A DNA stretch of 57,651 bases, filler included, from Sphacelaria rigidula (Eukaryota), in NCBI GenBank assembly GCA_964200075.2. It is 9 parts of 9 records of this genome, joined end to end, with 100 filler letters (N's around TTAATTAATTAA, not from the genome) between each part and the next. Parts side by side here need not be neighbours in the genome. Positions count along the whole stretch, not along the records: positions 1 to 6,318 come from CAXNAA020020811.1; positions 6,419 to 12,735 come from CAXNAA020020812.1; 7 more parts are not named here. The stretch is one strand, 5' to 3'. The number at the start of each line of letters is the position of its first letter. Within the stretch, counting starts at the first letter, position 1. The translations under genes were made by a program, and so were the position numbers. This document shows positions 1 to 10,997 of this stretch, one piece after another. Under the pieces are notes generated by a model, which saw nothing but the letters and a program-made list of their open reading frames with translations, was not told the DNA's origin and did not search any database.

Positions 1-530
1 TCGAGCCGGACTGGGATGAATAGATAGCTTCAGATACATACTACAGCCGTGTATCGCTTTAGTTGCTTTATAACCTTCTTCACACTTCTTAGACTCCGTC
101 GCGTCTTCATTCTGGGGGTGGTGGTGGGAAACGTGACACTAACCCCCGGCGTAACACTGGTGGACAACGTCGAACGTTGTGCCGGGTGAAAAATCCACAG
201 GACAAATCCTGATAAAGAGTGGACCAAGTTGTGGATATCCCAAACTCGGCTCACGTGCACGGTCGAGCCCTGTCCTCCGTAACAACCACGGATGCCATTT
301 ACAACGCTAGAGCATGCACCGCCCTTGCTTGACGGGCCATGAGCAACGTCAGACCCGGATATGGTGACCGCTGCTGAGACGTGCCGCCCCGTGCAATACG
401 GTTGGGCTGTAGCTGTATTCGTCCATGTATGCATATCTCATCATATCCGAATTCACATATATGTACCTATATATTTCGACTACGTGAGGAAAAATATATT
501 CATCGCCGTGATTCGTCTGTTTAACCATAA
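1..530 (+). mobile_element. Possible LTR-retrotransposon 3' end / LTR fragment
   Basis: Non-coding. A purine-rich stretch (gataaagagtggaccaagt) precedes TGTGGATATCCC at 230. It resembles brown-algal Copia 3' ends from memory; not verified. Confidence 0.3.
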
Positions 531-538
531 CTCCCTCC

Positions 539-579
<41 letters not shown>

Positions 580-649
580 CCCACTTCCTCCTCACCATTC
601 TTTTATTTCTCTCTTTCTTCGTCNNNNNNNNNNTTTTCTCTTTAACCCC

Positions 650-684
<35 letters not shown>

Positions 685-1499
685 AAAATGCTGCGGGATT
701 ATTCTTTTCTCATTACTCTCGTAACGTTTGCCTGCTTACACGTACAAAACCGCCCAGCTCAAACACAAGATAGTGATGGCGCCACACAGGGCTACGAGAA
801 CGCTCCACCTGTAAAATTGTACGATTACAGTTTGAGAATTTTTGTGTGAGCCATAGCACTGCCAACAAGTCCATGAAGCTCCGACGCAAGAGGCACATGA
901 TCACTCGAACTCACGACATTATACAAGAGCAACATGCTCGGCCCAAAACGTGCTGCCCCTCCCCCAATCGCAGGTCCGTAGATTTCGACCATGAAACAAG
1001 ATCAACCCTCGCAAAAGTTTGTCCTCGCCGTTGTGGAAACATAGCGTGGCGTCGCAACGTTGCTACACTAGTTTGTCCTGGCTGATGAGATCATAGATTG
1101 GAGGCGCTGGCACCGCGACTACCGAACCCGAGAGGGTGTGCCCGCATATCCTCAGATCCTGGTACGCGGTCGATGAATGCTGCGGCGAGAATAACCATCG
1201 CCGGAGTTTTCAAGTCGTATTCTTTGTTGTTTTCAGAGTCGTCTTCGTCGCCGGCATCGGGTTCGAATACGCAATAAACGTCGGCATCGGCGTTAGACGA
1301 CCCTGCCTCGTCACGGTCTCCGGCGAATTCGCCGTCTTCGTCCGACTCGTTAGACGATGGTGCGGCCTCGTCGGTGGCACCATGCGCGGCTACTGACCGG
1401 GCCTGTCCCAGAAGCCAGTCGTACGGTGGAGTAGTCGGGGGTGTTTCCTCCGTGCCGCCTAAAGCTCATCGACACACCTAACGTCAGAAAAATAAACGG

Positions 1500-1618
1500 C
1501 ATGACACGTGGTTACTTGAACTCTCATGTGGTGTTAACAAGTGTATGGTACAAGAAAGAAAGACAGCATGCCATGTGGTTACTTCAACTCTTGTGTGGTG
1601 TTAACAAGTGTATGGTAT
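1500..1618 (+). repeat. Direct duplication, ~50 bp, period 67
   Basis: catg.ca.gtggttactt.aactct..tgtggtgttaacaagtgtatggta occurs at ~1500 and ~1567. Confidence 0.85.
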
Positions 1619-1687
1619 ATGCGTCGCTACTAACACGATTTGTAACCAAGATTATCTATATCATGTTACGCTGTCCAGAAAATTAAT

Positions 1688-1831
1688 GATCCAAACCATC
1701 CCACCCCAACCCAACTCTAACCCCCATTCCGAAATATTGTATTGTATATTCTTCATAATTACGCGTCGGAACAACATATTTCAGGAATGTTTGAGTTTTC
1801 GGTTGGGGTTGGGATTGGTTGGGGTTGGATC
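1688..1831. mobile_element. Small MITE-like inverted-repeat element
   Basis: The left end gatccaaaccatcccaccccaacc is the imperfect reverse complement of the right end ggttgggattggttggggttggatc. No clear TSD. Confidence 0.5.
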
Positions 1832-1859
1832 GTTATTTTTGGGAAAAGGGAGGACAATA

Positions 1860-4200
1860 ATATCGTTTTCGCGCCATGCATACACCACCGCCAACACGTG
1901 ATGAAAAAGTGGTGGCACCGGGTGATGAATGTGCAGAAACACCCGATGTTCATCAGCAGTCTTTGCAACAGTGTATACCGTGCAGAACTTTTGTGATACT
2001 TTCGCAGGCGGCGTTTGTCCAAAGTTTTCATGCATGCCACCGCTCATCCCAGAAAATATTCGATCCTCAACGTTGGGGATCGGAAGATACTATGCATCCC
2101 CTCCACAACATTGAAAAAATGACGGGCTGAAGTGATATATTCGGGCACGGCTACGGAATCGTAGCTTCTAACCCTTCGAGATTTTTGCTCGATGGAAGCA
2201 ATCCATGATGGAAACCCCGACCGTTGCTGTGAACATGTGAAGTGGAGTTTTGTTCTATTTATCATCACCTGTTCTTTGCGCCAAAGTCGGAAAACTTGGG
2301 GTTTTGGACCAGTGACGGTCGACATCCCCCGATGGAGGATGTGTTTGCTCCGCCCCACCTCGACGACAGCAACTTGAGGATTGTCCAATGAGGGTGACCT
2401 GCTTCTGTTTCCAAAATCTAGATGGACGCTAGATATTTCCGGAGGTGAAATAATATACCACAAAATTCAGAAACTTACCCAAGTGCGAAAATTACCGGAT
2501 CGTGCAGAGCATAGCATAATCGTGACAGCTCTCGTAAACAAACTTGCAGACCTTTATTTTTCATCTCAACATATCCGTTGCGCTACAGCCGAGGAGATAT
2601 CAGTTTAGGACCCAGAACGTAAAAAAAAAATGTAGATTCGGCTCGTAGATCGTTCCATATCGAGTATAGAGATGATTTTATTTCAACATGTCAAGCTGAT
2701 GCCTGGCGTCGCGTCATCTCCAATTCTGGGGATCAAACGCGCGGCAGGATGAGCGGTGGTGTGTCAAAACCTACTGAAAATCACCACATAGATTTTTTGT
2801 TCCAAGAATCTTCTGGGTTTAGTTGGAGACCAATCACCACAGTGCATATATTTGAACTCGTACCGGGTTGCTCCGCCAGGTAAGGGCAGATGAACTGCAT
2901 CCTGTTCGTGCTTCAGGGAGAGATCTGCCGCCGTGGGTTATCTCAGTCCCGACGCTGAGCGATTTCCTTCCATGAAGAACCTCAGCATCTAGCTTTATAT
3001 TCTAAATATCATCGAGGCAGAACAACGGCGCCACGGAAGTGAAGGCTTACGGTATACAAACGTCCTGCCGAACACTTGTGCCCACCAAAAAGCAATGCTA
3101 CAGTAGGGGTGCACTTTTTTCGCGAAATCTTGTCTACTTCAGGGGCTCCTAAAGATTCTAGATGCACGAGAATATGGGTCAGGGCATCCCCGTTTGCAAA
3201 CTCATTCGGGATATCCCCAGCACATCGGAGTAGTGATCCTGGCGTACTTTCACATGTTTTCATGAGTGGTGTTTGCATGAGATCAAGGGCTCCCAACAAT
3301 TTTAACTTCAGAAAATGTTTGTGCACCCCTACCGTAGCATCGCTCCAAAGGTCAAAACCTCCATAGGCCACCCCCCTGTACTTGTGAAACACTCACTCTG
3401 TCTGTCTTAAACGCCCGCTTGGTTGCGGGTGCGTATCCCCCCTTGTTCATGGATGCCCAGGGCTCGCCGATCTCCTCTGCACGCACTCCCAGATGTATAA
3501 TTTCCAAGTGTAGCTTCGACACTTCCATCTCCACGAGCGAGAAGGTCAGGAGTGGGGCACTCACCTGTGGATAGACGAGAGCGCGTCGACAAAACGCAGT
3601 TTGTTCTAAAGACATACACATGGAAAAAATATAGCATTTCCCAACTAACGACTTGAGTCGTTTGGGTACGTCCCACAGTACAAAAAGTGCATCCGTGTGG
3701 GCCTGACTGTAGTAGCGGGCAAGGATTGATCCAGGTGCCTTGATATGAGTTTGTGTCTGCGTAGGAGGGCAACAGCGCGTCTGCATTCAAGGGATGAGAA
3801 CGAGAATGCTCGGTAAAGAAGAATGTCTTTATTTCATATTATGTACTTCGCGTGACATGCAGGTGATGTGTGCGATACCCGCGATGAACGCTCGACATAC
3901 ATCACGCAGATTCTTCAGTTCTGGAACGTTTGATCCAGCTTTTCGCACCCGAACAGGTAAGATCGCCATGAAATATTTTGGACATCTGCATCACCCCATC
4001 GAGATGATTCACCTTCCCGATCCGCCTGGCTCGAGATTCCGACAACAGACTCTAGGCAAAGATCTAGCTGGACATGAACAAATACGGCGTCTGCAGTTAA
4101 TGCTGGTATTTTGGGATTTTTCGGAGGCCATTCTGGAAACCACGCAGCGAGGCTTATCGGGAAGGTGGTCCAGGCTCATCTTGGGGTGATGCGGTGTGCC
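1860..4200 (-). pseudogene. Long decayed ORF of unknown family
   Basis: Protein-like segments in shifting frames, broken by stops: SLAAWFPEWPPKNPKIPALTADAVFVHVQLD...LFGCEKLDQTF; RGVAYGGFDLWSDATVGVHKHFLKLKLLGALD; GGATRYEFKYMHCGDWSPTKPRRFLEQKIYVVIF; VRSYDSVAVPEY...FFNVVEGMHSIF. Confidence 0.45.
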
Positions 4201-4339
4201 CAAGACAAACGATAACGATAATCCCTGTTTCGCGGCCAAAAACTAGGAAAAACATCCCGAAACTGAAAAACCAAGCGAAAAAAAAACAAACTAGGAAACG
4301 GGGCCACTCCTTTTTTGTAAAAAAAAGCTACACCCTGTA

Positions 4340-5792
4340 AACTTGCTTTTTGGCCCTCCTCCGTCGTTTTACGCCAGAGAGGGCTACGCGAATGTTGACA
4401 CCTTGGATGGACTTGCTCTACTCGTTGAGTCGGCGCCACGACATCTTCGCGTTTTCCGGTAGCCGCAATTGTTTTAGCCAAACTGATATCTTTGTCCAAC
4501 GGTCAAAAAGGGTCCAATCCCGGAAAATACTGCCATTTTCCTCTGGAGTTGACCGGCTTTGGACACAAATGTTTGTTTGGCGAAAAGAAGAACTGTGGCT
4601 ACCGGAAAACGCCAAGATATTCTGGAACTATCTCAACGAGCAGAGTAAGTCACTTCAAGGTGTCAATATCCGCCGAATAAGAGCCAAAACAGCATCTTTA
4701 CGTGACATTTTTGTTTGTCACAAAAAGCGATTCAAGACCCCTTCTCATGTGCCAAAAAAGAATTCACACGTCCGACGAGCACCAGTGTCACTCGTGGCAT
4801 TTGCACTCGTTGGGCTGCATGCTCATCGACCGTTAAAACTGATGGGGCGAGCACTCGAGTCATTGCTCGTGGGGGAGAAGTAAATAACTCGAGCACACAA
4901 GCCATTGCTCGTGATGAACGACCTGGACGGAGGAGTCAGCAATCCGACGAGCAAATAAACACCATGAGCTCCGACGATCTTGAACCTAGAGTCTTCAAGT
5001 ACATATGCATATCTGCACATGCACAAGCGTCAAGCTCCGGAGCTCGTTTTCATTTCATCCAAGCAGCCTCCCCACGCACATACACAGATCTGAGTTCTAC
5101 TAAAGCGGCGGAGAGTATCTCTCGAGTAGTACACTTACAATATGAATAGAGCGAGCACTCGAGTCACTGCTCGCTGTGAATAAGATAAATGACTCGAGTA
5201 CACGAGTCATTGCTCGTTTAAAACTAAAAAAAGAATGAGTCATTGCTCGTTGTGTTTTCAAAAAGCGTCCACGACTGCACTCGTTGCGACGAGTAATGAC
5301 TCGTCCGACGTGTGGAATTCTGATTGTAAAGTGCCTTTTTGGCCCTCCGCGTCGTTTGTCGCCCGAAAATAGGTGTTGACACCTTGGAACGTCTTGCTCT
5401 ACTCGTTGAGACCATTCCAGAGCACCTTTGCTTTTTTCGGTGGTGACAGGTCATTTTTAGCCTACCTTCATTTCCGATAAAAAAAAACGGTCAAGTTTTT
5501 AGAAAAAAGTCTAGCTTGCCCGCTGCTTTTTGGTGAGTTGACCTTTTTGTTTGAAAATGCAAGTTTGGCCAAAAACAAAACTGTCACCTTACGGAAAACG
5601 TGAAGGTGCTCTGGAACGGTCACATCGGGTAGATCAAGTCATGCCAATGTGCCAACACTTTCCGGGATAAAACACGACGGAGAAGGGCCAAAAATGCACT
5701 TTTCTTCAACAAGTATCTTGTGAAAAAATGATCATTTTGCAACAGCACATTTTCCCAGGGGATTTTTGGAAGTATAGCCCTTCTCATGTGAT
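4340..5792. repeat. Two related foldback palindromic units with a nested TIR element
   Basis: Palindromes at ~4393-4668 and ~5328-5701 share tgttgacaccttgga...cttgctctactcgttgag arms and a following cccttctcatgtg. Between them, 4760-5320 has TIRs gaattc(c)acacgtc.gacgag and internal gagtcattgctcgt repeats. Confidence 0.85.
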
Positions 5793-6318
5793 GCCGACGT
5801 TTTAAAATCTCAAAAGCGCAGTTTTCATCTTTTCCTACAAGACAAGGTGTGTGTGGATAATTTTCGTTTTCGGAGGCGCGCGGAGAAACTGCACTGTGCT
5901 GGTTGTGTCGTGCGTGATGAACGTAACGTGAACATTAACGTGAACGTGTATATTTCTGTGTCATGCAGCTCACAACGTAAAAAATGACGACTGGTTGACG
6001 TAGTATAGTTCAAGACGACTTGTTCTCTTTGGGCTTGAGCGGTGGCTGAAGGAGTGGAGCCTAATATCGGATCCTTACTGCAGTGGTTGGCCTAATCTCA
6101 AGATGCTGCCAATCGCACACAGGCAAAGCGTTTTAGCAGAGGCCTCGATTGAAGTTCACGCGATGCGCGTGCTGTATACCCAGCCCATTTGCTTAACCCC
6201 GACGTAGTTTGGACGTGAAACATGCTGTAGCCCATCGTACCTGAATTCCTCCAACATGCATGCATGCCCATGCATTGCACCCCACACTGCATTCTGGCTG
6301 CTCTCATCGCACCATCAC

Positions 6319-6418
6319 NNNNNNNNNNNNNNNNNNNNNNNNNNNNNNNNNNNNNNNNNNNNTTAATTAATTAANNNNNNNNNNNNNNNNNNNNNNNNNN
6401 NNNNNNNNNNNNNNNNNN
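6319..6418. other. Artificial contig-joining linker (first of eight)
   Basis: 44 N + TTAATTAATTAA (stops in all six frames) + 44 N. Identical linkers lie at 12736-12835, 19153-19252, 25570-25669, 31987-32086, 38404-38503, 44820-44919 and 51236-51335. Contigs are in decreasing size order. Confidence 0.99.
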
Positions 6419-7199
6419 ACCTGGGTTGCAACGCTGAAAACAAAGCCTGGGGATTCATTCGTACGACTTGAATCAATTATACTAGAACCAAGTAATTTCT
6501 AGAAGAATCATTACTTGTCCGACCCTTGGAAAGGTTGATGTCACGATTTTGGTAGGAAGCGAACCTAATAGAAGTACAGATTACAGGTGCAGACGTGATT
6601 AACTTCGGGTTGTCGTTTTGAAATTTCTGGACTTTCTCTGCCGGTAATTTTCCGAGATTTTCTCATGAATTGTCACGGTATGTGTGATACCGCCTGTTGT
6701 AGATGCTGCATGAACATGCTCGTAATCCTTTTTCGTGCCCCCCTCTACGAGCAATGATGCGTCTTATCCAGCTTTTACCCGTGGTCGGTCGTGTCCTCTA
6801 GTCGGCCGCCCCTGCCGTATGAATCTGACTGAAACATCGGGCTTGGACGCCAGAGATATTCGCCGGTGTTTTTATTTTGTCGTCACACTCTGAATCCCTC
6901 TTCTTCCCCAGGACGATGCTCCGTCCCGGCTTTGTAGGGATGCGAGATCAACGGTCATTTGTGTACGGCATGCGGGTTCGTGAGTATCGTTTCCTTGGGA
7001 CGAGTGCGTGGTCTCAAGGGATCAACCTACACCTCCCCGGGTGTGTCCATCACATTTTGGTGTTGCGGATTGGATAAGTACTCCCGCAACGCGCCGACGC
7101 TCGTCCAATGAACTCAGTCAAGCCAATGCTTCTCGCTACTGACACCATCACTCTCCCAACGTCAAACATCAGACAATTCGACGAAACACTCACAAGCAA

Positions 7200-7270
7200 A
7201 ATGGATCTGGCGGGAATTGAACCCCTGGTGATAGTTGTACTATTAGACAGACCACCGGGACACCGTGGTC
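7200..7270 (-). mobile_element. tRNA-derived SINE-like head
   Basis: B-box-like GGGGTTCAATTCCCG on the minus strand with a weak A-box upstream. No full cloverleaf. Confidence 0.35.
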
Positions 7271-8939
7271 TACGCTCGTAGTCCCAAAGTTGATCGGTGC
7301 AGAACATATAATTTTATCTTATTCCGAAAGAGCGGCGGGGGTGTCAACCAGGGCAGAAATCGAAGGGGCGTCGGAAGCGTTGCTGATATTGTCAAAGACA
7401 ACAGGCGCGGTGCTCAGGACAGTGCGCGGGGACACCGCCTAACGCGCCTGGGGCGACGACGGCGCGCGCACGGGAGGAATCACGCGGCAGGACGCACACA
7501 ACGCCACTCGTGCAAACCTACGTAGGGTTCCGGTACCGATCGAAGACCTTCACCTGAGGTTCTCCCCGGAGCTACCGCGTCGAATACCAGTACACGAGTT
7601 CTTCGAGTCTGGAGACCCTCAGGTGCACAGTACTGCTTGCGGTTGATCCTGTTGCTCGAACCGCTGGTTCGTCTGACCGGTGACGTGGGGTGTTGGGAGG
7701 ATCGTCAAGGTTGGCACTATGGCCCAATCGTATCCGGGAGTGACCTTCCCTCTGTCGGAGTAGTAGCCGACAGCCGTGAGGACAGCCGCACGATCGTAGG
7801 GACGGCTCCATATGCCGATGGTGTTGCCATTACCGCTGTAACTCTCTTGTAGAGCGTGAAGATCTCATTGAAGTGGTTCGGGAGGGAGATCGGTGTTCAT
7901 TTTGAAGGGAAAATGAAGAAACTTAGGATTAAGTCAGGGGTACATCAGTATCGGAAGTGACCAACCCCCACCCCCCACGAACCCTTTTTTTGGGCCCGAT
8001 CTTTTCAACGAAAAAAAGACGTGAATTTCTTCGCAATTCTTATGTTGCCGCTATGTGCCGCGTTGGTTTCGAGGCGAGGTCTTGAGGTGCCAAACACGTT
8101 CGTGCGGTGGAAGGCGACATGAACAGTTACGGGTAGGAATGAGGGCCGATTCTGGGCGCTATGTTCATGGAAAGTGCAATCTGAACGCTATATGCGTCAG
8201 AAGTGGCCCGTAATCCAACGAATTACGTCAATGGAAAATACACGCGTCAGCTACAAATGACGATTTGGCTCATAAGAAATGAAGTGTATTTCTAGTACAT
8301 TTATCAAAGCCTGGGAGTGGTCGGTGTTGAGGTGATATCGTTCAACCCGGAAAGCTCGCTCCACATCAATAGATGGACAATCTTGTGTACTAGCTAGTGT
8401 CCTGCTTCTGTCTGTACCACTCGGGAAGCACACGCCCCCGAGCTGCCACCCCATGTTTACCGTAATTGCGACGACAAAAAGACAAGAGCACGAACAGCAG
8501 CTGTTGTGGCCGCCACACACCAACGTCACTACAGTGAAAGGCGTGCCTGACATAGGGCTAAAACGAGAAAGTACGGGAATTTGGAGGTCATGAGCAGCAG
8601 CGTCGCGCATGTGAAAACTACTGAGAGCGATGCTGATGATGTTGACGACCCAGAGGTTCACGCTGTGTGGATTGGCTACGCGCTGCATGTCCTACACACA
8701 GCTGTGACTGCGAGATTGGAGAGTAAATTTTTCATGGGCCCTATGGGGTCAGGGTCATGGCATGATGAGTAGAAGGAATCCCATCTTGTCAGTCGCTTGG
8801 GCACGGTCTGGTTCTCTCTGTCCAGATCAACATCTTCAACGTCAATTTTCCCTATTTTCAGTTACAGGCAATCACTTGAAACATCGTGGCTCTGCCGACC
8901 TGGGCATCCATGGTGCGCAGTCTGAAATCAAAATCACTC

Positions 8940-9487
8940 TTCGCGCCTTGGCTTCTCCGCTGGAACCCTCAGACACAACAGCCGAAGTTCACGTGTGACC
9001 TCGCTCTCTGCAACTACATACATGAAGGGTACTCGCTGTTGAAGGGCGAATTTGCCCTTTGTGCACAGCCGTACAGAACGAAGCAGCACCTGGTGGCATG
9101 CCACAAAGTGAAATGCCGTCCGTCACATACTGCTCACCGCAAGAAAAAATACGTAGCCCAAAACGAAGCTTGTCGAACACAGCATAGTTTGCATCTCATT
9201 CTGATACTATTGATAGTATTAGACAGCAGTATCTAAATAGATGACCGCAGTCGCCAGCAGATGTACCGCACATACTATTAATAAAATCGCTTTCGACGCC
9301 TTGGCTTCTGCACTGGAGACCTGACACGAAGCAGCCGCCAGCTTTGTCTTTCTTCTGTCAACTCTTCCTCTGCTATTCGACACTCGAAAGGATACTCGCC
9401 GTTGAAAGGAGAAATTACCCTTTGTGCACAGTCGCACAGAACAAAGCAGCGCCGGGGGGCACGCAACCAAAGGGCATGTCGTCACAA
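8940..9487 (+). repeat. Diverged direct repeat, ~190 bp, two copies
   Basis: cgccttggcttct...tactcgc.gttgaa...ccctttgtgcacag.cg.acagaac.aagcagc at ~8940-9127 and ~9290-9487. Confidence 0.8.
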
Positions 9488-10256
9488 CTTGCTTGCGGCT
9501 TGCGGCAGGGAATAAAGTATGCGCACCGATTTTTTTTAATTTGCCATCTTCGACCTCAAAAGACACTACTGATCCTCAACCCGAAAGTGCCGATCGCGCA
9601 ACGCTTACAACTCGGCAACGGAACAGGGGATTGGACTGCGGTTTCTTTCGTGCGCTTCTCACACACCCATGCTATGTCGCCTACTTTGTTTCTCGCGTTT
9701 GCGCGTGATGTTGACTCGCAAATAACCCAAATATACTAAAATAAGGTGTTTTCCGCTCTGGGGGGGATTTCCGGGCCGTTGACGCGACGCCAGCAAAATA
9801 TCAAACTAGGTCCCCTAGATCTTGTGTATATGCGGGGGGTTGTCAAGTGCCGTGGACCGGCTTGCTTCCTGTCTCGAGAACCGAGCGATCTCCAGTGTTA
9901 CAGGTTTCCCATACCAAACCAAGTGAATAAGTGATGAAGCATGTGTTGTATTCGTGAGGGCCTCGGCACAGGTCCGACCACCTACTGATGTGCTCATTAT
10001 TCCTACGCGTCGTCTTTTATTCTAAATCTTGTGTCGATTTTTGGTCGTTAGAGCCCCCATTCCTACCCATTACAGTGTATGTGCGCGATGAACAAACGTG
10101 TGGGAGGACAACGGGGTGGGCGGGGGGTGGGAGGGGGGGGGGGGGGATATCCCGCTGACCCGAGTCACTTTCGACGAACGAACGCAGCCGTTTTTTTCTT
10201 GCTGGGGATTTGTGCCACTTGGTTACAACCCATATTGCACTTTTATTCGTTTTTAA

Positions 10257-10374
10257 CCCTTTTGGAACCCATTGACGTTTTTCGTTTTTGCAAATCGGCA
10301 TCGTTTTCAGTCGTTTTCGAGTCACATTGATGATGGTTTACAAGAACAAAAACCGTCAGCGGGTTCCAAAAGGG
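10257..10374. mobile_element. piggyBac-type MITE (118 bp)
   Basis: TTAA on both sides (10253-10256, 10375-10378). Perfect 14-bp TIR CCCTTTTGGAACCC, extending imperfectly to ~45 bp. Confidence 0.85.
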
Positions 10375-10900
10375 TTAAAGGCGCAAGCAGCAAGCATGTT
10401 TCGCGATATTTGCGTGACAGTCTTCTTGCGCTGACCGCCGTGAAGGTACCGGTTGCTGCAACCAGGCCGGAACTTGTCTCACCCGCGGTCACTTTCGAGT
10501 ATAGTAATCGCACTCCACAACGGTATGGAACTTGCGAGCCTTGGTGTAAACTGCCGCATAATTGTATCAGCCATAGCTCATCGGCAAGCAGAAAGACTAC
10601 TCCGCGAGCACTATCATCAAGTACTGTTGTGCACTGTCCATTCGTAAATACGCTCAGCTGATATTGTTTGACCTTGCTCCAGTGCATATACGATAATCAA
10701 CTCTTAATCAAACTGTATATTTAAATGATGTAGTCTACTACGCACTACAGTCAAGTAGTAGTCTACTACTACACTAAGTTCAAGTAACTAGCACAGACCT
10801 GCCGCCCGGCGTCCAACCCCCCGGCACCCTTTTTCTCACGTTTTTTTCAACGTTTGGGGCCATGTTCCTTGAAAACTAAAAACGGTGTACCCCTGGTTAA

Positions 10901-10997
10901 CCCTCAGACCGCGAGGTTAGTCTTCTGTTGAATCGGCATCAATTTCAAGTGAAAAAAGTATGTATGATCCAGAAAGACTAATTTCGCGGTCTAAGGG
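10901..10997. mobile_element. piggyBac-type MITE (97 bp)
   Basis: TTAA|ccctcagaccgcg...cgcggtctaaggg|TTGA. A related copy lies in reverse orientation at 50478-50577. Confidence 0.8.

Noticed and set aside
1..10. Bel/Pao primer-binding site (tcgagccgga)
   Set aside because: A 10-nt match at a contig edge with no downstream gag.
6363..6374. TTAATTAATTAA recurring every ~6.4 kb as a biological periodic motif
   Set aside because: It is always embedded in 44-N runs, so it is an assembly linker.
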